A stretch of DNA of 64,000 bases from a candidate division FCPU426 bacterium (GCA_963796105.1 CAWCKJ010000003.1:96001-160000), one strand, 5' to 3'; positions 1 through 11,023 are shown, counted from the first letter of the stretch. A program made the numbers and translations. Notes: a model not told the origin generated them from the letters alone.

Positions 1-1
1 G

Positions 2-331
2 TTCGTCACCACGAACTTTTCGCTTACTTACTTCATTGTGTCGGGAGAAATCGAGAACGCTGGTATCTCAGCCTGGCTCGCCGTGCCGGAATGCGAGGGC
101 ATGAGCGTGCTTACGGCCTGGGCCGCGGGGAAGTTCAACGGGACCCGTATTGCCCAGTTCGTCAAGGAAACAGGCTTCGAGGCCCAAGTGGACACCAGGC
201 AAATCGTTATTCCGGGTTACGTTTCCACGATCTCGGGCGAGCTTGAGGAAAACCTGCCCGGTTGGAAAGCCTTGGTGGGGCCCCAGGAAGCCGGCGACAT
301 CGAAAGCTTCGTTAAATCTCGGTTACATTAA
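2..331 (+). CDS. acsC: Corrinoid iron-sulfur protein large (gamma) subunit, 5'-truncated by window edge
   Basis: Frame from nt 2 reads FVTTNFSLTYFIVSGEIE...EGMSVLTAWAAGKF...IVIPGY...GPQEA, the conserved AcsC/CdhE C-terminus; followed by an AcsV-type gene. Confidence 0.9.
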   Translation, partial: FVTTNFSLTYFIVSGEIENAGISAWLAVPECEGMSVLTAWAAGKFNGTRIAQFVKETGFEAQVDTRQIVIPGYVSTISGELEENLPGWKALVGPQEAGDIESFVKSRLH

Positions 332-348
332 TAGACGAAAAAACTGAA

Positions 349-569
349 TTCACCACAGGTTCCTTCGGAACCGCAGAGGCACAGTAAAAACTCTAAAAGC
401 AAAATCTTTAGATTTTGATATTAAGTAGTAATGAGATTTGCTTTATAGAACGATTATTTTGCGTCTTGGAATCAGCGTTGAAATATTCGTTCTTTAAATT
501 ATTCGTTGGTTAAAATGGCGAAATTGTAAACTGTGCTCTCTGTGGCCGCCATAGGCGGCCCGTGGTGAA
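349..569. repeat. Paired inverted REP/MITE-like element (RCCACRG family), copy A
   Basis: Left end TTCACCACAGGTTCCTTCGGAACCGCAGAGGCACAGT (349-385); inverted right end ACTGTGCTCTCTGTGGCCGCCATAGGCGGCCCGTGGTGAA (530-569); AT-rich interior. Confidence 0.8.
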
Positions 570-578
570 AGGCTTTTT

Positions 579-2234
579 ATGCCGAAGGTCACTTTCTTTC
601 CTGGCGGGCAGACCGCTGACGTGCCCGTGGGCGCCACGATCATTGACGCGGCGAGGCTTTCCGAGGCGACGGTGGAAGCTCCCTGCGGGGGGCGGGGGAC
701 CTGCGGCGGATGCCTGGTCCGCCTGGTTTCGGGTTCCGTGGACCAATCCCTTGCCCCGTCGCTACCGGCCTATACCCTTGAGGAAGGCTATGTTTTAGCC
801 TGTCATTCCAAGGTCAAGGACCAGGATGTCACTGTTTACGTTCCGGAATTCCATGCCCTAGAGGGAGGGCCCATCCCATCCTCCTCCGACGACGCGGGAC
901 TCATTGAGGATGGTCTCTTTCCAAACGACATGAAACCCTTGGGTGCGGGTGAGTATGGTGTGGCCATGGATTTGGGCACTACCACCGCCGCGGTGAAACT
1001 TATCCGCCTCAAGGACGGCAAAACTCTTTCTTCTTTTGTGGATTACAACTCTCAGGTCAAATGCGGTTCAGACGTGATTTCCCGTATGGAATATGGGCGG
1101 AAACCTGGAGGCCTGCGGGAGTTGAATCGCCGGGCGCTCAATACCCTGAACAAGCTGATCCAATCAGCGGCCAAACAGGCGGAAATCCCCACGAGTGAAA
1201 TATCCTCGGCGGTTGTAGCGGGAAATCCCACCATGATTCATATGCTTTTAGGAAAAGACCCCAACTATCTCAGGCAGGATGTTGAACCTATTGAAATCGC
1301 CAATTTGCAATTAACCGCGGGTGAGATCGGATTTTCCATCGCTCCGGAAGCGCCTGTTTATTTACCCCCGGCCGTGGGGAACTACGTGGGAGGCGATGTC
1401 ACAGCGGGAATGCTTTGTACCCAATTATCCCAACCTTCGGGCAAATTAAGATTGTTAATTGATATCGGAACCAACGGGGAAATCGTGATCGGGGACGGCG
1501 GGTTTTTCATGTCCTGCGCCTGCTCAGCTGGGCCTGCCTTCGAGGGCGGGGGATTGACCCACGGCATGAGGGCCGCTCCGGGGGCCGTGGACAAGGTCGA
1601 GGTGGATTCCAAGACGGGAAAGGCAACCTTCACCACCATTGGGAACGAAAAATCCCGCGGGATATGCGGTTCGGGGGTATTGACCCTTCTGGCTGAGCTT
1701 TATCAAAAAGGTCTGTTGGACTCCGGCGGAAAGTTCAACCTGGAATTGAATTCGCCATACATCAAGACCGTGGGCCGCAGGGCGAAATACATAATCGCGC
1801 CGGAATCAGAAACAACTTTAGGCGAGGATTTGACTCTCAGTGAGGTGGACATTGAAAGTGTCTTAAGGGCCAAGGCGGCGGTTTATGCGGCTTGTTCTCT
1901 TCTACTTGCGAGAATCGGTGCATCTTTTAATGATTTGGACCGCATCTATATCGCGGGTGGTTTCGGCCGGACGCTTGATTTCGAGAAGGCCGTCACCCTA
2001 GGTCTCCTACCGGATGTCTCGCGCGACAAGTTCCGTTATATCGGCAATTCGTCCCTGACTGGGGCCTCGATGGCATTAGTTTCGGAATCGTCCCGAAATA
2101 AACTACAGGAACTCCTACCCCTGATACAGTATTTGGACTTGAGCAACGAATGCCATTATTACGAGCATTACACTGCCGCACTTTTCATTCCTCACACGGA
2201 TCTGCGTCTATTCCCCTCTGTTAAACGGCATTAA
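579..2234 (+). CDS. acsV: ATP-dependent reductive activator of corrinoid proteins (ASKHA/DUF4445) with N-terminal [2Fe-2S] domain
   Basis: CGGRGTCGGC...LAC ferredoxin motif; DLGTTT, GSDVISR, VGGD, DIGTNGE, CSAGPAFEG, GICGSG, IAGGFG, GNSS; next to acsC. Confidence 0.88.
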   Translation: MPKVTFFPGGQTADVPVGATIIDAARLSEATVEAPCGGRGTCGGCLVRLVSGSVDQSLAPSLPAYTLEEGYVLACHSKVKDQDVTVYVPEFHALEGGPIPSSSDDAGLIEDGLFPNDMKPLGAGEYGVAMDLGTTTAAVKLIRLKDGKTLSSFVDYNSQVKCGSDVISRMEYGRKPGGLRELNRRALNTLNKLIQSAAKQAEIPTSEISSAVVAGNPTMIHMLLGKDPNYLRQDVEPIEIANLQLTAGEIGFSIAPEAPVYLPPAVGNYVGGDVTAGMLCTQLSQPSGKLRLLIDIGTNGEIVIGDGGFFMSCACSAGPAFEGGGLTHGMRAAPGAVDKVEVDSKTGKATFTTIGNEKSRGICGSGVLTLLAELYQKGLLDSGGKFNLELNSPYIKTVGRRAKYIIAPESETTLGEDLTLSEVDIESVLRAKAAVYAACSLLLARIGASFNDLDRIYIAGGFGRTLDFEKAVTLGLLPDVSRDKFRYIGNSSLTGASMALVSESSRNKLQELLPLIQYLDLSNECHYYEHYTAALFIPHTDLRLFPSVKRH

Positions 2235-2378
2235 CGAATATTTGAAAACCTTGTTGAAGCAATTTGAAGACCCTAAAAATGGCTCAAATTTTTCAATTAA
2301 ATGGTGGTATATTCTTTTTGGCAGAATTAACCCGCTCAGAATGATTTATAAAAGATAGGTTATTTTTCAAGGAGCTGT

Positions 2379-5300
2379 ATGAAATTGGCCGAGCGTTTCA
2401 AAACCCTTCCGAAATTTTCATTCATAACAACGTTCTTTTTGTTCCTTCTTTTTGGACCATCGCTAACAAACGCCGCTCCTGTCCGCGGTATGACAGGCGA
2501 TCTTTGGGCTGATCTTGTGATAGGACAACCTGATTTCGGCGAGCTGAAGCCCAACGAAGCCACCAGCCAGCAAGTGTTTATCCCCGACGGTGTCTATGTG
2601 GACCGTGTCTCCAACCCGCAGAGATTATATGTGTATGATTCCGGCAACAACCGGATACTTGGTTTCAGCGACATCAATCGCGCCCTTTTCCAGGATTATC
2701 CGGCCAACACGAGCCTCTGCCTGGGATCCAACCAGAGCGCCACTCCGTTAGGCGCGGATATCGTTCTGGGCCAACCGGATTTCACCCATACCTCCTGCAA
2801 CGGGGACTCGAATTTCCAGAACTATCCCGTGCCCAACCAGCCCAACGCCTCCTGCTTTTGCACCAGCAGCGTGGAGGGTCTTTCCCCCCTGGAAGGGGGC
2901 GTGGGCGCGAATATGGCGGTGGATAGCCAGGGCAATCTCTATGTTCCGGATTACATCAACAACCGGGTTTTAAGATATAACGCGCCGATCACCAGCACGG
3001 AGCCAGCTTCTTATGTCTGGGGACAAGGTAACAACCTTTCCAATTTCACGAGCGGTTATAACCAATGCGGCTCACCCACCTCCACCAGCTTTTGTTTTAG
3101 TTCCTCCAATGCCCGTGTGGCGGGGGTAGCGGTGGATTCCCAGGGAAACCTCTGGGTGGCGGACGCTGGCAACAACCGGGTTTTGAGGTTCCCGTCAGTG
3201 GGCGGCGTGCCTCAGGCAAACGCCGACCTGGTGCTGGGTCAAACCGACATGAATTCCAACACCCCGGCTTCCAGCCTGAGCGACTCGAGCCATATGACCG
3301 ATCCCATCGCGGTTCGGGTAGACGCTTCCGGGAACGTTTTTGTGGCGGATGATCCCCCCAATCCGAATCCTAATGTCTGCCTTTTTCACGGAAGAATCCT
3401 GGTTTATAAGGCCCCTGTAATATCCGGAATGGCGCCAAGCGGACTTTTAACCGACTACCTGTCCTGGACCATGGGAATGGAATTCGACCCCCTCTCAGGC
3501 GGTCTCTGGGTAAGCGATTTTTGCAACCATCAGATCATTCTTTTCAATGTCAACTTGACGGCCAATCCCATCACATTCCAGCCCGTGAAGGTTCTGCTAA
3601 GGGATCGCCCCTCCCTCACGGGATCGGATGCCCTGCCCACCTCCGGGGACGGGCCCAATTTCATATACAAAGACGGCGGCACAATTGCCTCATACAATGT
3701 GGACCGGGCCTGGGGAGGAATCGGGCTGGACCAAGCTGGTAATGTTTACGTGAGCGGGGTAACGCCGATGCAGGATGTCTGGCGCTTTCCAGTTCCCATT
3801 CCCACTATCCCGCCCGCTTCCACCGGCGTCGCGCGTTCGGCGGACGTCGCGGTTTTCAAACCAGCGCAAGCCTCCATGGACAATAAAATTGGCCTCCGGG
3901 GTTTGGAGGGAATCGATGGGATCGGCGTGGCCGCGACCGGGAGCCAGCTTATTGTCTCGGATGAATGGCACTTGAGGTACTGGAACATGCCCACTGGTCC
4001 CACAGGCCTTACCAACGGCCAGCCCTGCGATGGTTTTGCCGGAACGACCAGTTCCCAGTATTTTTATGACATTTATCCGACCTATGGACGCATCCGGGAG
4101 GACCAAGCCGCGCCCCAACAGCACCTATGGCAAGTACGAAATAACTCGTCGAACGCCGCATTCCTCCAGGTTTACAACCTGCCCTTGACGCCATGGGAAT
4201 CCGCGGTCCAGACGCTCACATCGCCCATTTCCGTCTTGGGAGTGGGGACTTTGAACTGGGGGGCTGTCATGGGATTCAACCCGGATCCGGATGGCACCCA
4301 CCTTTGGTTGACTGATACGGCCAACAACCGGGTATTGCGGGTACGAAACCCACTGACCAACCCGGTGGTGGATATCATCCTGGGGCAAACGGGTCTTGGG
4401 GGGACGGCCTGCAACCAGGGGTTATCGAATCCCACTGCATCCACTCTTTGCCTGCCAGGGGCGGTGAGGTTGGATCACCATGGAAACCTGTATGTGGCCG
4501 ACCATACCTTGGAGGCCAGCGGGAACTTCCGGACCTTGCGCTGGAACGCCAGCCAAATACCGGCGGCGCCATCGGCCTGTGTTTTCGGCATCGCGGCCAC
4601 GGCTGTTTACGGAATGGGAGGGAGTTTCACGACCACCTCCTGCAACAACTCTGTCGGGGAATGCGGTCCTTGGGAGCCCAGCTTTACTTCTGACGATAGT
4701 TATATGGTGATGGGAATGAATGGTTATATCGGCTCGCGGTTTCCTTTAGTTTTATCGACTCCTGAAAATGGGGATGACCCTGTTGCCCACTTAAACGATT
4801 ACGGTTCCATGTATTTCTCTTCCACCTTCGATCCCCAAGACAATCTCTACATCGCGGACCTGGACCGGGGAAGGGTTCTCATATATTTGAAACCCTTCGG
4901 GACGCCGGGCCCGAGTTTTACCCCAACTATTTCACCGACCTTAACCATTAGCCCCACCTTCACGCCTACCGGAAGCCATACCTATACCCCGACCTTGAGC
5001 CCGACGATCACCTGGACTCCCGTGCCCAACTGCTGTGTGGCGGCGGGCAATTGGACCAGTCCCACCTTGACTCAGGCGACGGGCGTCGCGGTTGACATGA
5101 GCCGGGACCGGGTTTACATCGTGGACCGGGGCACGGGGACCCTATACGCCTATAATTACAACGGTTCACCCATAACATCCTTTGGGACGAATGGCGCGGT
5201 AACAGGTCTGCAGGCTTTTATCGTGGCGGTGGGGACCTGCGCTTATGACGGCGTTTATATTGTCCAAAGGAGCACCGCAGGCGACGTCATCAAGTTGGAC

Positions 5301-6620
5301 GTGAATGGGAACACGGTTTGGACCAGTCCGTCCACGGGCGGCGGGGGGAATCGAAGCATCAATGTTGACGCTTCCGGTACGGTTTACGTGTGCGCGGATA
5401 ATGGTTCTATTTTCCTGATGGACAACTCAGGAACATTGCGGAATACCCTAACGGGCTATGGATTCAACGTGCCGACAGGCACCTTGAAAGTGGGCTCGAC
5501 GCTTTACGTGGATGACACATCCAACAACCGGATCGTGAGCCTGCCCCAGACTGGAGCTTATACCTATGGAACCGCGAGCGTGGTGGCGACCCTTACGAGC
5601 CCCTACGTTTTGACCTCGGACCTGGCGGGAAATTTCTACGCGGCTTGCAGCAATACCAATAGTTACAGCATCTACAACAGCGGGTGGGTTTTCCAGCAGG
5701 CCTGTACCAATAGCTCTCTCTTTTCAGGGGCTTTCGGGATCGCGGTGGATGAAACGGGCGCTATTTATGTGGCGGGACAAGGCTCAACATCCGTGGCGAA
5801 AATGCAGACTTGCATCAATCAACCGCCACAACCCACTTGCCCTCCGAGCGCGACCCCGACCGGCACCTTGAGCCCCTCTGTGACACCGACTCTCACGAAT
5901 ACCCCGACGTTGACCAATACGCCGTCTCCTTCGCCGACAAATACCTTCACTCAAACCCCGACATGGACCCCAAGCTTTACCGCGGCAAACACACCCACCA
6001 ATACACCAACACCGACTTATACCCCGACGTTTACGCTCTCCGGCACTCCTACGGATACCCCCACTATCACGAACAGCCCCACGCCCTGGCCGACGGGCGT
6101 TCCCACCTTTACCACCACTGATACTCCGGCGAATACCATGACGGGAACCTCAACATTTACGCCAACGATCACGCCGACGCCTTCTTATACGGACACTCCG
6201 TCGCCCACTGGAACTCCTACACCTTCGCCGACGGTCACGCCTACTTGGACGCCCACTGACATTCCGACTGACACTCCTGTCCCCACGAGCACATCTACCT
6301 CAACAGAGACGTCGTCACCCACGTCCACCTTCACGCCGACCCCCACTTGCGGGATCAGCCTGCTTTATCCCAATCCCGTTCGGGATGGCCATGGGGTTTC
6401 CTTCAATTACTCGTTTGATCGGCAGGAGCCTTTGGATGTGAAGGTCTTCACAGTGGCCTTCAGGAAGGTGTTTGACTCAAGCCAATTCGTCAAGGGGGCG
6501 GGAACCATCTCCTGGAACCTGACTGATAATGGGGGCAAACACCTGGCCAACGGTCTGTATTATGTCGTGATTCAAACGGATCAAGAACGATTCATACGAA
6601 AACTGCTTATCGTCCGCTGA
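2379..6620 (+). CDS. Large secreted NHL-repeat beta-propeller protein with Thr/Pro-rich linkers and T9SS-type-A-like C-terminal domain
   Basis: Signal peptide; repeated ADxVLGQ and VDSQGNLxVxDxxNNRVLR units; (TPT)n tracts at ~4900-5030 and ~5820-6350; C-terminus YPNP...FTVAFRKV...LANGLYY...RKLLIVR. Confidence 0.8.
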   Translation: MKLAERFKTLPKFSFITTFFLFLLFGPSLTNAAPVRGMTGDLWADLVIGQPDFGELKPNEATSQQVFIPDGVYVDRVSNPQRLYVYDSGNNRILGFSDINRALFQDYPANTSLCLGSNQSATPLGADIVLGQPDFTHTSCNGDSNFQNYPVPNQPNASCFCTSSVEGLSPLEGGVGANMAVDSQGNLYVPDYINNRVLRYNAPITSTEPASYVWGQGNNLSNFTSGYNQCGSPTSTSFCFSSSNARVAGVAVDSQGNLWVADAGNNRVLRFPSVGGVPQANADLVLGQTDMNSNTPASSLSDSSHMTDPIAVRVDASGNVFVADDPPNPNPNVCLFHGRILVYKAPVISGMAPSGLLTDYLSWTMGMEFDPLSGGLWVSDFCNHQIILFNVNLTANPITFQPVKVLLRDRPSLTGSDALPTSGDGPNFIYKDGGTIASYNVDRAWGGIGLDQAGNVYVSGVTPMQDVWRFPVPIPTIPPASTGVARSADVAVFKPAQASMDNKIGLRGLEGIDGIGVAATGSQLIVSDEWHLRYWNMPTGPTGLTNGQPCDGFAGTTSSQYFYDIYPTYGRIREDQAAPQQHLWQVRNNSSNAAFLQVYNLPLTPWESAVQTLTSPISVLGVGTLNWGAVMGFNPDPDGTHLWLTDTANNRVLRVRNPLTNPVVDIILGQTGLGGTACNQGLSNPTASTLCLPGAVRLDHHGNLYVADHTLEASGNFRTLRWNASQIPAAPSACVFGIAATAVYGMGGSFTTTSCNNSVGECGPWEPSFTSDDSYMVMGMNGYIGSRFPLVLSTPENGDDPVAHLNDYGSMYFSSTFDPQDNLYIADLDRGRVLIYLKPFGTPGPSFTPTISPTLTISPTFTPTGSHTYTPTLSPTITWTPVPNCCVAAGNWTSPTLTQATGVAVDMSRDRVYIVDRGTGTLYAYNYNGSPITSFGTNGAVTGLQAFIVAVGTCAYDGVYIVQRSTAGDVIKLDVNGNTVWTSPSTGGGGNRSINVDASGTVYVCADNGSIFLMDNSGTLRNTLTGYGFNVPTGTLKVGSTLYVDDTSNNRIVSLPQTGAYTYGTASVVATLTSPYVLTSDLAGNFYAACSNTNSYSIYNSGWVFQQACTNSSLFSGAFGIAVDETGAIYVAGQGSTSVAKMQTCINQPPQPTCPPSATPTGTLSPSVTPTLTNTPTLTNTPSPSPTNTFTQTPTWTPSFTAANTPTNTPTPTYTPTFTLSGTPTDTPTITNSPTPWPTGVPTFTTTDTPANTMTGTSTFTPTITPTPSYTDTPSPTGTPTPSPTVTPTWTPTDIPTDTPVPTSTSTSTETSSPTSTFTPTPTCGISLLYPNPVRDGHGVSFNYSFDRQEPLDVKVFTVAFRKVFDSSQFVKGAGTISWNLTDNGGKHLANGLYYVVIQTDQERFIRKLLIVR

Positions 6621-6669
6621 AGGCTTTTTTCCTACGGTTAATGAATACATTGTCCGAAAAACCTGGTAA

Positions 6670-6678
6670 TGCTAAAAT
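6670..6678 (+). promoter_or_regulatory. Putative extended -10 promoter element
   Basis: TGCTAAAAT (TGn + TAAAAT), separated by 6 nt from ATG 6685. Confidence 0.35.
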
Positions 6679-6684
6679 TCAACC

Positions 6685-7881
6685 ATGTTTTCGCGACTTC
6701 ATTTATCCATCGCCTTCGCGGTATTAATGGCGTGCTTCGGGGTTTCGGCCCCGGCTGGCGCGCAATATAGCGGTTCCCAGTTCAGCCTCAGCCTGGACGG
6801 GATGTTCCAGTGCGTGGTTCCTCCCTCACCCTATTCCGCGAACGGCCAGACTTACGGCATCGGCGCCGGCGGCAATGCCTTTTTCGACTGGCGCCCCTTT
6901 CAATTCATCTCCATCGGAATCGGCGGCCAATATACCTATTTCACCGGTAACAGCCCCTTCAAGTTCAGCAATGCCAATGTCGGGGGGCGTCTTTTCCCGT
7001 TCGGCACGAGCCCCGCCGGTGAGTTTTACCTTCAGGGCGGGTATGGGAAAAACCTGTTGACCCAGTCCCTGGACGGAGTGTTCCCGGGGGATTATCACGG
7101 TTACGGCTGTATTGGATATAGGTCCTTTATTTCTCCCAGCGCCGCCATGGACCTAGGTCTGCAATACGACTATGACCCTCCCTATACCGCCCCTCTCCAG
7201 GCGGCCAGTTTCAAGGTGGGATTGACCTTTCTTTTTGGAAGGACGGATTGGCGCTCGGCTAAGCCTATCACCGCACTGAAACAAAACACCGTTGAGGATG
7301 ATCTCTGGAAAAAGTCCTCGACCTACGCCTGGCAGGCGGGGGACAACCTCAGGTCGGTCTCTCAAAAACTTTATGGGGACCCGGCTTTGTACCCCTTGAT
7401 CGTGGATGCCAACAAAACCGCGACGGCCCATCCGGACCAGATCAAACCCGGAACCCTGCTGACGATTTCCTCAAAACCTTCGGGTTCTGAGGATGTCACG
7501 GCTTTGCGGTCGAAATCCGAAAAGCAGGTGGATTACGTCAAACTGGCGAAGATCAGCGAACTTCCCATGATCCGCAGGCTGGCAAGATGGAACGGCGCCA
7601 GCACCTACAATTGGAAAAAAGGGGATACCCTCCAAAAGGTCGCCAAAAAACTTTACGGAAACGAGGACCTTTATCCATTGCTGGTGGACGCAAACCAGAA
7701 ACATTTGATCCTTCCGGCCAATCTGGTTCCGGGAACCCGGATCAAGGTGCCGAAACCGAATTCGGAGGAACTTGATAAAATCCAAGTGAAGGGTTGGTCG
7801 TTCGATCCCTATATTTTTTGGAGGAATGTCACCGCGAATCAAGCGGAACATATGCCGATCAAGCAACATTCCTTCCATTGA
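6685..7881 (+). CDS. Outer-membrane beta-barrel protein with two C-terminal LysM-like domains
   Basis: Signal peptide (APAGA|Q); Gly/aromatic alternating strands ending VGLTFLFG; two repeats of YxWxxGDxLxxVxxKLYGxxxLYPLxVDAN...PGTxxxI/V. Confidence 0.72.
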   Translation: MFSRLHLSIAFAVLMACFGVSAPAGAQYSGSQFSLSLDGMFQCVVPPSPYSANGQTYGIGAGGNAFFDWRPFQFISIGIGGQYTYFTGNSPFKFSNANVGGRLFPFGTSPAGEFYLQGGYGKNLLTQSLDGVFPGDYHGYGCIGYRSFISPSAAMDLGLQYDYDPPYTAPLQAASFKVGLTFLFGRTDWRSAKPITALKQNTVEDDLWKKSSTYAWQAGDNLRSVSQKLYGDPALYPLIVDANKTATAHPDQIKPGTLLTISSKPSGSEDVTALRSKSEKQVDYVKLAKISELPMIRRLARWNGASTYNWKKGDTLQKVAKKLYGNEDLYPLLVDANQKHLILPANLVPGTRIKVPKPNSEELDKIQVKGWSFDPYIFWRNVTANQAEHMPIKQHSFH

Positions 7882-8002
7882 TTTTTTTCCCATTTGAACC
7901 TTTTAAGACGACCCGCGAATGGTTTGGATTTAACCTGGGATTCGTAGAAATTTCTTGTTGCGGAAGCGTTGGAATTATCCCTGTTTCAAATAAGGATGAA
8001 GA

Positions 8003-8758
8003 ATGAGAACCAGCCTGTTCATTTTGCTATCCGCTTTTCTTTTGCCGCTCGGGGCCCTCGCGCAGGAGGAGCACGCGCCTGTTTTGGGGTTGAATCTCGA
8101 CCTGACGGGCCGGGGCGCCTACGCTGGTAATGGAGGGCCGTCCCTGGCGGGCGGGGCCGGATTGAAAGCCTTCGGCGATGTCAGACCGTTGGATTTTCTC
8201 TCGATTGGCACAGGATTTGATTTCGCCGAATATCCCGGTAATGGTTCCTGGCAGGTCCTGACTTGGAACCTGGGGGTAAGGATTTTCCCATTGTCCGGCA
8301 TGGAACAGAACAAGGGAACGGAGTGGTACCTGCAAGGGGAAGCAGGATTGAATTTAACTGGATCAACCTTGGAGAAACATTGGCCTGGTACAGGCCTGGT
8401 GGAGTTGGGGATGGGCTTCAGGTCCTTTGTTTTAGGGCCGGGCCAAGCCCTTGATTTTGGGGCCTTCTACGATTTTTACACTCCATTCGCCAATCCTTTG
8501 CAGGCAGTGGGTATCAAGGCTGGAATGACTTGGCTCTTCGGACAGGAAGCAGTCTCAACTCCAACTCCTACTGCCACACCAACTGCGGTAAAGACAACCT
8601 CCATAAAACCCACCCCGGCCTTGACCCCAAAAGCTGCGAAAAAACCCGTAAAAATTGATTATAAAAAACCCCGCCATCGGATTCATAAAGATGATCTGGG
8701 AGATGGCGAAGAGATCCCATTGCCTGCGGCCACTCCCTCCTCTTCGGATTCCCAATAA
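8003..8758 (+). CDS. Outer-membrane beta-barrel protein with Pro/Thr/Lys-rich tail; paralog of the barrel in 6685..7881
   Basis: Signal peptide (ALA|Q); shares AFxDxRPxxFxSIGxG, GxRxFP, ExYLQGxxGxNL and PLQAxxxKxGxTxLFG with the upstream gene. Confidence 0.68.
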   Translation: MRTSLFILLSAFLLPLGALAQEEHAPVLGLNLDLTGRGAYAGNGGPSLAGGAGLKAFGDVRPLDFLSIGTGFDFAEYPGNGSWQVLTWNLGVRIFPLSGMEQNKGTEWYLQGEAGLNLTGSTLEKHWPGTGLVELGMGFRSFVLGPGQALDFGAFYDFYTPFANPLQAVGIKAGMTWLFGQEAVSTPTPTATPTAVKTTSIKPTPALTPKAAKKPVKIDYKKPRHRIHKDDLGDGEEIPLPAATPSSSDSQ

Positions 8759-8787
8759 GCCCAAAAGCCATTCCCGCGGGAGAATAA

Positions 8788-9321
8788 ATGGAACATATCA
8801 GGTGGGTTCTTTTTGGCGTCGGTTCCGCCGGGATCGTTTATTTTTCCTGGTGGCTTTCGATCAGGGAAGGGCGCTACCACGGTATCGCCCGGTTTTTCGT
8901 CTTTGAGGGAATCCTGGCCACGATCCTTTTGAACGCGCCGGTCTGGTTCATGAATCCCTGGTCGGTACGTCAAATCGTTTCCTGGGTCCTCCTCTTCGGC
9001 TCCCTGATTCCCGCTTTATATGGGTATTTGCTCCTGAAAAAAATGGGGAAGCCCACGGGAAATTTCGAGAACACCTCCCGTCTGGTTATTACCGGGATAT
9101 ACCGTTATATTCGACATCCACTTTACGCCTCATTGGTTTGGTTCGCTTGGGGGGCTTACCTGAAGGATATCAACGGCTTAACCAGTCTTTTGGCGGCCAT
9201 GAACACGATAGCCCTATTTCTAACGTCTAAAATCGAGGAAGGGGAGATGCTGGCCAAATTCGGGGATGAATATAGGGAGTACATGAAGAAGACCAGCCGT
9301 TTCATCCCAGGAGTTTTCTAA
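8788..9321 (+). CDS. PEMT/ICMT-family membrane methyltransferase
   Basis: LVITGIYRYIRHPLY and EEGEMLAKFGDEYREY...RFIP motifs; several TM segments. Confidence 0.85.
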   Translation: MEHIRWVLFGVGSAGIVYFSWWLSIREGRYHGIARFFVFEGILATILLNAPVWFMNPWSVRQIVSWVLLFGSLIPALYGYLLLKKMGKPTGNFENTSRLVITGIYRYIRHPLYASLVWFAWGAYLKDINGLTSLLAAMNTIALFLTSKIEEGEMLAKFGDEYREYMKKTSRFIPGVF

Positions 9322-9356
9322 AACATTAAAAAGTTTATTTGTATCATCTGTGTTAA

Positions 9357-10529
<1,173 letters not shown>

Positions 10530-10666
10530 GCATTGATTTTTCGTCGAGATGCACTTTAAACGAAAATCCGCTTATTTACGCCATTTGATGGCTACGTTTT
10601 CGAAGAATTCCCACCTTTCTTCTTAAAACTATAAAATATTGGAACTTCAAAATAATTGTCCGCCAA

Positions 10667-10692
10667 TGGTTCGAGTCCAACCCGGGGAGCCA
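10667..10692 (+). other. Isolated tRNA 3'-end fragment (tRNA-Asn type), probable att-site remnant
   Basis: TGG-TTCGAGT-CCAAC-CCGGGGA-G-CCA = T-loop, T-stem 3' strand, acceptor 3' strand, G73 and CCA; no D or anticodon arm upstream. Confidence 0.7.
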
Positions 10693-10748
10693 TATGCCAC
10701 CTTATGGCCTGAGCTGGAATCGACCTTGGTATTTATCGACTTGGCCTC

Positions 10749-10862
10749 TTGCCCAGAGCTTGGGCAAAATCCACTTTTTCGCGAAAGTTTTGTCCAGACT
10801 CTAGATAAAATTGACGTGAATTTTAGCTTATGGCCATAGATTTGTCCCGCGGCGGGACAAAT
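10749..10862. repeat. Cluster of three related palindromes
   Basis: TTGCCCA-GAGCT-TGGGCAA (10749-10767); imperfect TTTTGTCCAG-ACT-CTAGATAAAA (10788-10810); ATTTGTCCCGC-G-GCGGGACAAAT (10840-10862). Confidence 0.7.
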
Positions 10863-10877
10863 AACCCCCTTAGGATC

Positions 10878-10959
10878 GAATCGCGCAACTTTTTCGGAAT
10901 CGCGCAAGTTCGAATCGCGCAACTTTGGGGAATCGCGCAATAGGTTCTGATTCGCGCAA
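10878..10959 (+). repeat. Five direct copies of 11-mer GAATCGCGCAA
   Basis: Copies start at 10878, 10897, 10912, 10930 (exact) and 10949 (GATTCGCGCAA). Confidence 0.9.
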
Positions 10960-10996
10960 CATCCCAGGTTCCAATCTTGCAGGTGGAAAACCAATA

Positions 10997-11023
10997 TCCA
11001 CCACAGGGACTCAGAGACTCAGC
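10997..11023 (+). repeat. RCCACRG-family left terminus (8-bp trimer form)
   Basis: CACCACAG GGACTCAG AGACTCAG; same start as the 349 and 14281 copies but without the hairpin. Confidence 0.55.

Noticed and set aside
5820..6350. Non-coding DNA repeat or DGR-like variable region
   Set aside because: It encodes the Thr/Pro linker with synonymous codon variation; no reverse transcriptase or TR/VR pair seen.
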